DNA from: an uncultured Gammaproteobacteria bacterium
GTDB taxonomy: Bacteria; Pseudomonadota; Gammaproteobacteria; Steroidobacterales; Steroidobacteraceae
Direction of reading: 5' to 3'
DNA length: 64,000 bases
NCBI GenBank assembly: GCA_963735775.1
Contig: CAVTMG010000002.1
Location: 459,904 to 523,903, forward strand
In this document: one piece after another, positions 56,382 to 64,000 of the stretch
Position numbering within the stretch: position 1 is the first letter of the stretch
How the letters are laid out: each line of letters begins with the position of its first letter
The notes under the pieces: generated by a model
The model's input: only the letters and a program-made list of their open reading frames with translations
Databases searched by the model: none
Told to the model about the DNA's origin: nothing
Translations under genes and position numbers: made by a program

Positions 56382-57818
56382 TCAGCCGTGTGCGCTCGCT
56401 GGCACTGGCACTGGCGCGGCGAGCGCCTCCTGCGGTGCTCGCATGACCAGGCTCAATGGCAGGCGCGCGCGTACGCGCGTGCCGTGCAGCGGCGATGAAT
56501 CGATATCGAGGGTGCCGCCAAAGCTGCGCACGCGGTGGCGCATGGTGGCGAGGCCATGAGAACCGACCGCCTCGCGCCGGTCATTGGCGATGCCTATGCC
56601 GTTGTCGGCGATCAGCACGGTGAATTCGGTATCGGTCAAAGCGATCTCCACCGTGACTTCGGTGGCCTGCGCATGCTTGACGATATTGATCAGCGATTCC
56701 TGCACCAGACGGAACACCATGATGGCCGCCTCATCGGCCAGCACCGGCTCGGGATCCGGATACACTTCGGCGTAATGCAGGCCGGCTCGGTTGCAGGTTT
56801 CCTCGGTAACCCAGCGCACCGCCGGCAGCAGGCCCATATTGTCCAGCAATGTCGGGCGCAGGTTTTCAACGATGCGGCGCTTGAAGTCGACGCCGTCATC
56901 GAGCACCTTGAGTACACGCGTCCAGCGCGTCTGTATATCCGGATCCAGGGCGACCGGCCAGCGTTTCTGCAGCCATGAGACATCCATCTTGACCGCGATC
57001 AGCAGGCCTCCGAGCTCATCGTGCAATTCGCGCGCAAGCCCGGCTTTTTCCTTTTCCGACAATTCCTGCAGATGACTCGAGAGCGCCGACAGCTCGGCCG
57101 TGCGCCGGCGCACGTGGCGCTCGAGCTCCTCGTTCTCGTTGGCGAGCTGCTCGGTCAGTTCGGCACGGCGCCGTGCCTGGCGCGCGAGCAGCGCCGCGGC
57201 GACGATCAACAGGATGATGTTGAGCAGCACCACACCGCCCATGAGTGCACGTGATATCAGCCGCAGCCGCTCGGCGCGCGCGATCTCGGCGTCCACTTCG
57301 TTGCGCTCGGCCTCACGCAGGGTCGATGCTGCGGCGCGAATCTCGTTCATGGCGCTGCTGCCCAGATCGGTGCGCACCAGCGCCGTGGCCTGTTCCGGGC
57401 CCTCGGACTTGTACAGCTCGAGCGATGCGGCCAATTCCGCCAGCCTGGCCCCCACCAACACGCGCATATGCCTCAGGGTGTTGCGTTGCTCGTCGCTGAC
57501 GGGCGGGCGACCGTCGCCATCGCGCACCAGGTTGCCAAATTGATCAAGTGTGGGTTCGATGCGGTCGCGCGCGGTGACATAGGGCTGCAGATACTTGGCG
57601 TCGCTGGTCAGCAGATAGCCGCGCTGTCCCGCCTCGGCCTGCGACAGCTGCTCGAGCAGTTGCGCCAGCAGGATCTGCCGCCTTTGCGACAGCCCGATGC
57701 GTCCGTCAATTTCCTTCTGACCGCTCTGGCCGATCTCCGCGATCACCACCAGCGCCGCCAGCAATAGGAAGGCGATCGACAGGTAGATGGCAGGTGAGAA
57801 ACGATTGCGGCGAATCAT
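56382..57818 (-). CDS. sensor histidine kinase: CHASE3-like periplasmic domain + HisKA_3 + HATPase
   Basis: Has an N-terminal TM, then ..AEAGQRGYLLTSDAKYLQPY.. (CHASE3-like) and a second TM. The H-box is ARELHDELGGLL and the ATPase motifs are ..IADNGIGI.. and ..HGLATMRHRV..GG.L. Confidence 0.85.
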   Translation of the reverse strand: MIRRNRFSPAIYLSIAFLLLAALVVIAEIGQSGQKEIDGRIGLSQRRQILLAQLLEQLSQAEAGQRGYLLTSDAKYLQPYVTARDRIEPTLDQFGNLVRDGDGRPPVSDEQRNTLRHMRVLVGARLAELAASLELYKSEGPEQATALVRTDLGSSAMNEIRAAASTLREAERNEVDAEIARAERLRLISRALMGGVVLLNIILLIVAAALLARQARRRAELTEQLANENEELERHVRRRTAELSALSSHLQELSEKEKAGLARELHDELGGLLIAVKMDVSWLQKRWPVALDPDIQTRWTRVLKVLDDGVDFKRRIVENLRPTLLDNMGLLPAVRWVTEETCNRAGLHYAEVYPDPEPVLADEAAIMVFRLVQESLINIVKHAQATEVTVEIALTDTEFTVLIADNGIGIANDRREAVGSHGLATMRHRVRSFGGTLDIDSSPLHGTRVRARLPLSLVMRAPQEALAAPVPVPASAHG

Positions 57819-57937
57819 GATTGACTGCTGTGAGCTTCATCCTACAGCGCTTGTGGCGCCGAGCGGACAATATAGCCCAATACACAGTGGCATGCTCGCT
57901 TCGCAGGCTGTGCGACAGGATCTGCGAGGAGTAAAAA

Positions 57938-58030
57938 ATGCTCTACTACGCAGCGGTATTTTTTAATCATCGCAATCATTGCTACTGGTCGGCGCAATCG
58001 TGCGCGCTGAGCACGCCTGCGCGAAGTTGA
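57938..58030 (+). CDS. candidate 30-aa ORF with a strong SD (AGGAG-N6-ATG); possibly an indel-damaged small membrane protein
   Basis: As read, MLYYAAVFFNHRNHCYWSAQSCALSTPARS*. Removing one base in the T6/AA run at 57959-57966 gives MLYYAAVFFIIAIIA.., resembling N-termini of DUF1328/YtjA-type peptides (from memory). Confidence 0.3.
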   Translation: MLYYAAVFFNHRNHCYWSAQSCALSTPARS

Positions 58031-58063
58031 ATGAACTGAACGAATATTTCGGAGTAAGAGATT

Positions 58064-58453
58064 ATGAACGCGAATGCGAACGATACAGCTGAGAGTCTGC
58101 ACCGCGCCGGCAAGGAAGCGGCCAGCGACCTGCGCCGCCGGGCCGGCAATGTAAAGGACTATGCCGGTGACGAGATGCGCGCATTTCTGGCCGATGTCGA
58201 GGACCTGGTGAAACGGGTGGGCAACGTATCGGATGCCGATGTCGCGCGTGCGCGTGCCAAGGTGGCCGGTGCCATGGGCGAAGTACGCCGATTGACCGGC
58301 GAAACCACGGATACGCTGCGCGCACGAGCCAGCGCCGCGGCCGAGCAGGCCGACGAGTACGTGCACGATCGGCCATGGACCGCCATCGGGCTGGCCGCGG
58401 CAGTCGGGCTGATAGTGGGAGTCGGCGTCACGGCCATATCCTCGCGCCGCTAA
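58064..58453 (+). CDS. DUF883/YqjD-ElaB-family membrane-anchored stress protein
   Basis: Has a helical charged N-terminus, then ..EYVHDRPWTAIGLAAAVGLIVGV.. as a C-terminal TM anchor. Confidence 0.8.
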   Translation: MNANANDTAESLHRAGKEAASDLRRRAGNVKDYAGDEMRAFLADVEDLVKRVGNVSDADVARARAKVAGAMGEVRRLTGETTDTLRARASAAAEQADEYVHDRPWTAIGLAAAVGLIVGVGVTAISSRR

Positions 58454-58470
58454 TCGCGCCACAGCGATCA

Positions 58471-58896
58471 GTGGTGCTCGAACTGCTCTCCCGGCTGCTG
58501 TCGGCGCTGATCAGGCATTTCGCAGCCTATGCCGATCTGTTGTCCGACGAGGCCGGCGATGCGCTGCGGCTGTTGCGACGCCAGATACTGGGGCTGGCAG
58601 TGGTACTGGTGGCGGGAATCGTGGCGCTGCTCATGGGATGCGCCTGGGTGATTGCGGCGTCCTGGAATGGTCCCTATCGGCTGGACGCGATTGCCGCGCT
58701 ATGTATCGGCTTTCTGCTCATCGCACTTGGCGGCGTGTGGTATGCCAGTACCGGCATCGCCCCGGGCGCGCCGCGACCGTTCGAGCGCCTGCGCGCCGAA
58801 TGGCACGAGGATCTGCAGGAGCTGGTGGCGGTGGCGCCATCGGTAACGGCGACGCCGCAGTCGGCGGCGACCGCGGGAGAGCTACATGTCGACTAG
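58471..58896 (+). CDS. YqjE-like / phage-holin-family membrane protein
   Basis: GTG start: VVLELLSRLLSALIRHFAAYADLLSDEAGDALRLLRRQILGLAVVLVAGIVALLMG... It has two TM segments and sits in the typical position after a yqjD-like gene. Confidence 0.65.
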   Translation: MVLELLSRLLSALIRHFAAYADLLSDEAGDALRLLRRQILGLAVVLVAGIVALLMGCAWVIAASWNGPYRLDAIAALCIGFLLIALGGVWYASTGIAPGAPRPFERLRAEWHEDLQELVAVAPSVTATPQSAATAGELHVD

Positions 58897-59193
58897 GCAG
58901 CGCAACGATTCGATAACACAGACTCGAGCGCGCCTCAGGCAATCGCGCGCCGAGATTTTCTCTCTGGCGAAAGAGCTGAGGGTGGAGTCGGGCCCACGCA
59001 GCACGCAGTTTCCGCGCAGCCTCATTATGCAAATACTCATGAGTCAGGGCGGACGCGCAGTGCTGGGTGGGCGGCCCTGGGCCTGGGATTAATGCGTCCG
59101 CGATTGCTTACGACGCTGTGGCGACTCGGGCCGCTGGCAGCGCTGCTGCGTGCGGCCCTAAACCGCTACTTGGTGCGCAGAATTTTTCGCTAA
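58886..59193 (+). pseudogene. YqjK-like small protein, 1 frameshift near 59070
   Basis: MSTRQRNDSITQTRARLRQSRAEIFSLAKEL..FPRSLIMQILMSQGGRAVLG continues in another frame as ..LGLGLMRPRLLTTLWRLGPLAALLRAALNRYLVRRIFR*. Confidence 0.5.
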
Positions 59194-59309
59194 CTGCTGG
59201 TAATAGTTACAGGAATAACCGTGTGTGGGGTGCCGGGCTATGTCAGCTAATCTCAACAGTCCCGAGCTGGACAGGAGCATGTATCCGATTTCTGAGCGAG
59301 GTGGCCGAG

Positions 59310-59858
59310 ATGCGCCGCCGTGCGCGCCAGCATATTCAGGACGGCGCCGCCTGCGACCAGGGCGCCGACCAGGCCACGGTGCTGCGGCTGCTCAACGAGG
59401 CGCTTGCCACCGAAGTGGTGTGCGTGCTGCGCTATCGACGCCATTCTGCTCTCGCCGGTGGCGCCGTCGCCGACAGCGCCAGGGATGAGTTCCTCAAATA
59501 CGCGGCAGAAGAGCAGGGTCACGCCGAGCAGATTGCCGAGCGCATCGTGCAGCTCGGTGGCGAGGCAAACCTGAGTTCGTTGCGCGCGCCCGATGCGCGT
59601 GACTGCGAGGTCATTGAAGCCGAGGCGCTGGCCGATCTGCTGGAAGAGGATTTGATTGCCGAGCGCATCGCCATCAACAGTTATCGCGAGATCGTTCAGT
59701 TTCTGGGCACCAGCGATCCGACCACGCGAGAATTGCTGGAATCCATACTGGCGGTAGAGTCCGGACACGCGGAAGAACTTGCCGGCATGCGCTCGGAGCT
59801 GCTGCGCCGGGACCGAGCCGGCGCCACCAGCGCGCGCCTGCCAGTGCTCGAAGTCTAG
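59310..59858 (+). CDS. ferritin-like (bacterioferritin/Dps-superfamily) domain protein
   Basis: Contains ..VLRLLNEALATEVVCVLRYRRH......EF...A.EEQGHAEQIAERIVQLGG....L.EDLIAERIAI.SYREI.......T..LLE.IL..E..HAEEL. Confidence 0.7.
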   Translation: MRRRARQHIQDGAACDQGADQATVLRLLNEALATEVVCVLRYRRHSALAGGAVADSARDEFLKYAAEEQGHAEQIAERIVQLGGEANLSSLRAPDARDCEVIEAEALADLLEEDLIAERIAINSYREIVQFLGTSDPTTRELLESILAVESGHAEELAGMRSELLRRDRAGATSARLPVLEV

Positions 59859-59875
59859 TTGGTCGCGCTTCGTCT

Positions 59876-60163
59876 TTAGGTTTCAGCGTCCGGTTTCCGG
59901 CCCGGATACATCGCCGCGACATCGGCGGAATCATCGCCCTTTGAGCGATTGCGCGCGCTCTCCTCCGCCAGCGCCAGCTCGCGCGCTTCCAGAGCCGAAT
60001 GCGGCGCGGCACCCTTGGCCACCTGCTCCACGTCGTTATGAGCGAGGAACTCACTGACCTCCTCGCGATAGCGCCGGGCTGCCTTGTAGTCGCCCTCGCC
60101 CTGCAGCTGTTCGCCGTCTGGTGGCGGTGCGTCGTCCGACTGGGGCTGGTTTTTTTTGCTCAT
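59876..60163 (-). CDS. small hydrophilic conserved-hypothetical protein
   Basis: The ATG at 60163 is preceded by GGAGAAACAGGT. The product is MSKKNQPQSDDAPPPDGEQLQGEGDYKAARRYREEVSEFLA..EARELALAEESARNRSKGDD. Confidence 0.55.
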   Translation of the reverse strand: MSKKNQPQSDDAPPPDGEQLQGEGDYKAARRYREEVSEFLAHNDVEQVAKGAAPHSALEARELALAEESARNRSKGDDSADVAAMYPGRKPDAET

Positions 60164-60689
60164 ACCTGTTTCTCCGCGGTGGTGCTTCAGAAGGCGGGCA
60201 GCATAGTGCGAACCCTGAGCGCGCGACCCGTCACGCCTGCCGATATGGGGGTCAGCATGCGCCGACCTGATCTCCTCGACCTGATCCCTGCGATGGTGCA
60301 CAGCGGCGTGCTGCTGCGCCGTTGCGGGTCAACACGGCCCGCAGAGGCGCCCATCGCCGGATGTTCGACTCGGGGCAAACAAGCTGAGCGCGCGGCTGCA
60401 CAAGCCGATTCAAGCCCTTATTGAGTAAAGAGAAATTTCGATCGCCGGCGCGATGCCAGGCCGATTGAGGGGCGCGCACTTTGCGGCTGGCATAGCCGTT
60501 GCATTCATACACGGTACAGACGATTTCGTCTGCGACTGCGGCCTTTTTATTGGGCCAACGGCAACGCTGCCGGCAATAGCGCTTACCTCACACCCCCCGC
60601 GGTGAGCGCCGAATGTCGGCAGCGTTTTTTTGTGCCGCTGACCGGGCAGCCCCGGGTGCTACAGTAATTGTTTTGCTCAGCAGGGCAGA

Positions 60690-62167
60690 CTGGATGCACA
60701 CGCGCACGCGCTGGGCACGCGCTTCATCGAGGTCGAGCTTCACGGCGCGCGACTCAAGCTCGGCGGCCGCGCGGTATTGCGCGGCATTGATTGGCGTATC
60801 AGACCTGGGCAGCGCTGGGTTCTCATGGGCGCCAACGGTGCCGGCAAAACGCAGTTACTGAAGATGTTCGCGGGTGATGTCTGGCCGAGCCCGGGCGGCG
60901 GCTCGCGGCGCTATCGGCATGGACGCGAGAGTTTTGATGATCCCTATGGCATCAGGGACGAGCTGAGTTACCTGGGGGCGGAGCGTCAGGACCGCTACGA
61001 GCACTACCAGTGGAATCATCGCGTGGAACTCATTGTCGCGACCGGCCTGCATCGCACCGACATACCGCTCGCGCCGGTGAGCGCCGAAGATCGGCCGCGG
61101 ATCAGCCGCGTACTCTCGCAGCTGCGCATCCAGGCGCTGGCGCGCCGACGTTTTCTGACGCTCTCCTACGGCGAGCGGCGGCTGGTGCTGTTGGCACGCG
61201 CGCTGGCCTGGCGCCCGAAGCTGTTGCTGCTCGATGAGTTGTTCACGGGACTGGACCCGGAGAATCGTGAGCGCGTCATGCAGGCACTGCGTCGGCTCAG
61301 CCGCTCGGCACTGCCCTGGGTGCTCTCGACCCATCGGCTGGCAGACGTGCCAGCCTTTGCGACGCATCTGTGCCGCATCGAGGCCGGCAAAATCATCAGT
61401 CAGCAGCGACTCACGGCCAAGTGGCTGCGCACAAACGCGATCGGCAATACGCGCCGCCGGCGGCGGCGCGCGCCCAGCCGAGGGCCGGCGCTGATTACGC
61501 TGCGGCGGGCGAGCGTCTGGCGCGAGGGCGCCGCGGTCTTGCGCAATCTCTCGCTCGAAGTGCGTCGCGGCGACTGCTGGCTGGTGCATGGCGCGAACGG
61601 CAGCGGCAAATCGAGCCTTCTGCAGATGCTCTACGGCGATTTGAGTCGCGCGCGGCGGCAGCATCGTGCGCGCCGGGATTGAAGCGGGCGTGCCGCTACA
61701 CAGTTCAAGCGGCGGGTAGGTTTGATTCGCCGGAATTGCAGGCCATCTATCCGCGCTATCTGCCGGTGGCGGAAGTGGTCGCCTCCGGCTTGCATGCCAG
61801 CATCGGTCTCAACGATAGCCTGAGCGCCTCTGAGCGCCGGCGGGTATCGGCTGCCTTGCGCCGCGCCGGCGCCGCGGCGCTGGGCGGCGCGCGCAATGCG
61901 CACTCTGTCGTATGGCCAACAGCGCCAGGTACTGTTCGCGCGCGCGCTGGTGCCAGAGCCTGATATCCTGCTGCTCGATGAGCCCTATGCCGGCCTCGAT
62001 GCCCATACACGCCAGGCGCTGCGCTCGTTGGTAGAGCAGGCGATCGCTGCCGGCGTGACCGCGGTAATGACCACCACCACAGAGACGAGTGGCCGGTGGC
62101 GCGACCCATGAACTCGAGCTCGCGCGCGGCCGCGTGGTCCGGTGCGGACCGCTCATGCGGCTCATGA
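60690..62167 (+). pseudogene. ModF-like soluble ABC ATPase with two nucleotide-binding domains, about 3-4 frameshifts (ends approximate)
   Basis: NBD1 has GANGAGKTQLL, LSYGERRLVLLARAL and LLLLDE. NBD2 has [26 protein letters not shown] and ILLLDEP. The fragments lie in different frames. Confidence 0.7.
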
Positions 62168-63115
62168 TGACGCGCCAGGCTGCGCTATTGACTCGCCGGC
62201 GTGGCGCTGCTGGCGCTGATCCTGTTCGGCGCCTGCAGATGCGCCCGCGCGCACCCTCGGCCCGCGCGTCGCGGTCGCCGGCGGCGATGGCGGCGGCTTG
62301 CCGCGGCGCCACCGGTGGATGAGCATTTCGATGCCGCGGCCCTGGGGCGGGGCCGGGCGATCCGGCGGCCGTGACCTCGTCGCTCTGATCGTCGTGCGTG
62401 ACGATCACATCGTGTTCGAGCGCTACCAGCGCGGACTCACGGCGACAGCGTGGTCGATTCGGGCCATTCGCGCAGGTTCTGCTGGCGCTCGTGGCGGGTG
62501 TGGCGGTGAAACAGGGGGCCGTGCCACCGCAGGCGCTGCGCTCCTTTGACCCCAATGCGCTGCGAGCGGCCATCGAAGCCGGCACGCACGAGCCTTACGC
62601 GCTTTATCTGTCGCGGCAATTGTGGAGCCGCCTCAACGCCTCGGCCGCCTGGATCGCACTGCCGATGAGCGGCGCGGCCACGCCGGCGGATTGCTGCTTT
62701 CACGCGCGCGTTGCTCGACTGGATGCGCGTCGCCAGTCTGCTGGTGCAGGACGGGCGGTTCGAAGGCACGAGAGTGGTGCCGGCCGGTTGGGTGCAGCGC
62801 ATGTCGCTGCCCTATTCCGCCGACAGCTTGCAGGGTTTCGGCGTGCAACTGGCCGGCGCGGCGCACGGGGCCGAGCCGTTTGCCGCCGACGGAGTGCTGT
62901 TTCTGCGCGGACCGGGCCGGTGGCGACTGTGGATGGTGCCGTCGTTGAAGCTGGCGGTGTTGTTCGGCGCTGAGGCGCAAGCGGCCGGGGGCTCGGGCGC
63001 CGAGGCGCCGTGGGATGAGACGCGCTTGCCCAATCTCATCATTCGGGCGCTCTCGGACCGGCCGCCGCAGCGTGGTGACATCACCGATCTGCAGCGCCTG
63101 GTTCCGGCTCATTGA
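62155..63115 (+). pseudogene. beta-lactamase-fold / serine-hydrolase-like exported protein, several frameshifts (family call tentative)
   Basis: Fragments: MRLMMTRQAALL.. followed by signal-like LAGVALLALILFGAC, then ..LIVVRDDHIVFERY.., then ..WMRVASLLVQDGRFEGTRVVPAGWVQRM..GFGVQL..LFLRGPGRWRLWMVPSLKLAVLF. Confidence 0.45.
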
Positions 63116-64000
63116 GCAGCGCAACGGAGTCTGACCGCGTTGCCCGCCCTGTTCCTCGTCTGTGTAATCGATGTACTGGGATTCGGGATTCTGATTCCGT
63201 TGATCCCTTACATGGCGACCAGGTTTGGCGCCACACCGGCTGTGATCACGCCGATTCTGGGCATCTACTCGCTGTTCCAGTTGTTGGCGGCACCGGTGTG
63301 GGGGGCGCTGAGCGATCGCTACGGACGCCGGCCGATTTTGATCACGAGCATGGCCGGCGCCTGTGCGTCATATCTGCTGTTGGCCGCGACCGCCTCGGTG
63401 CCCATGCTGTTCCTCGCCCGCGCACTGGCCGGTGTGATGGCCGGCAACATCGCGGCCGCGATGGCCTATGCCTCCGACATCAGCTCGAATGCCAATCGTG
63501 CCCGCAGCTTAGGCATGGTGGGCGCCGCCATTGGTGTCGGGTTCATGCTCGGGCCGGCAATCGGCGGCGCGCTGGCCGGCGAGCATCTGGAAACCGCGAA
63601 TTTTCTGCGCCCGGCACTGGTGTCAGCCGCGCTGAGCGTGGTGGCGATGTTGCTGGTGCTGCTGTGGCTGCCGGAAAGCCGCAGCCCCGAGCAGCGGCAT
63701 GCGCACGCGCTCGCGGATCGTCCCTCCCGCTTTGCCCTGCTGCGTCAACGGCCGGTGCTGCGCTGGCTCACTTTCGGCACCTTGCTGGTGACCTTTTCGC
63801 AGTCCACCTTGGACTCGACCTTCGCGATCTGGGCCATGAATCGTTATCACGTCGGGCCGCGCTCGGTCGGTCTGGCGCTGCTGGCACTGGCCATGGTCGC
63901 TATCGGCATGCAGACGCTTGGCGTGCGACGGCTGGTGCCGCGCCTGGGCGAATACCGCCTGGCGTGGCTTGGCATCGCCTGCTGGGTCTGTGGCATGTCG
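63112..64000 (+). CDS. MFS transporter (Tet/TCR-like), 3' end outside the window
   Basis: Open frame from a TTG at 63112 (overlapping the upstream stop) to the window end. It is not in the track because no stop is reached. Contains ..LFLVCVIDVLGFGILIPLIPYM.. and ..GALSDRYGRRPILI.. (MFS motif A). Confidence 0.8.
   Translation, partial: MSSATESDRVARPVPRLCNRCTGIRDSDSVDPLHGDQVWRHTGCDHADSGHLLAVPVVGGTGVGGAERSLRTPADFDHEHGRRLCVISAVGRDRLGAHAVPRPRTGRCDGRQHRGRDGLCLRHQLECQSCPQLRHGGRRHWCRVHARAGNRRRAGRRASGNREFSAPGTGVSRAERGGDVAGAAVAAGKPQPRAAACARARGSSLPLCPAASTAGAALAHFRHLAGDLFAVHLGLDLRDLGHESLSRRAALGRSGAAGTGHGRYRHADAWRATAGAAPGRIPPGVAWHRLLGLWHV

Noticed and set aside
57885-57905. A sigma54-promoter-like TGGCATGCTCGCTTCGCA upstream of the yqjD-like gene
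   Set aside because: The GC element is displaced by 2 nt relative to the GG (TGGCAC-N5-TTGC spacing is not met) and the -12 TTGC is missing.

Overview
This is a high-GC proteobacterial chromosomal segment (roughly two-thirds G+C by eye) with dense coding on both strands. Many neighbouring genes are translationally coupled through ATGA, GTGA or TTGA start/stop overlaps. Most of it is housekeeping: glgX, hemL-hemB, cysH-cysG plus a cysK-like gene, apbE, cioAB, dsbA, def, typA, a SahR-like regulator with metF-metH, tesB, proBA, moeA-moaA-moaC-(mobA::moaD)-moaE and htpX. Four accessory regions stand out. (1) An ~11 kb MarR-linked cluster (8.4-19.2 kb) encodes two CmcJ/NvfI-like oxygenases, four NTF2/SnoaL-like paralogues, a TonB-dependent receptor, an MFS transporter and two tandem SDRs. 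A palindrome (CTAACAwTTGTTAG) recurs in three of its promoter regions. (2) A desaturase / CFA-synthase-like / FAD-oxidase operon resembles the two-step 10-methyl fatty-acid pathway. (3) A small low-GC islet sits next to tRNA-Arg(UCG). It is bounded by a 44-nt direct repeat of the tRNA 3' half, carries a HigB/HigA-like module whose toxin has lost its 5' end at the repeat, and has no integrase. (4) A signalling and stress block contains a sensor-less sigma54 activator, a CHASE3 kinase, two response regulators, yqjD/E/K-like genes and a ferritin-like gene. A striking technical or biological feature is patchy, dense frameshifting, including compensating indel pairs. It affects about nine consecutive genes at 2.3-11.7 kb, the SahR/metF/metH 5' region at 27.4-31.0 kb, and 60.7-63.1 kb, while the long stretches between are clean. 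I saw no CRISPR array, transposase, integrase or rRNA. All functional calls come from reading motifs in the translated ORFs; no database search was possible.
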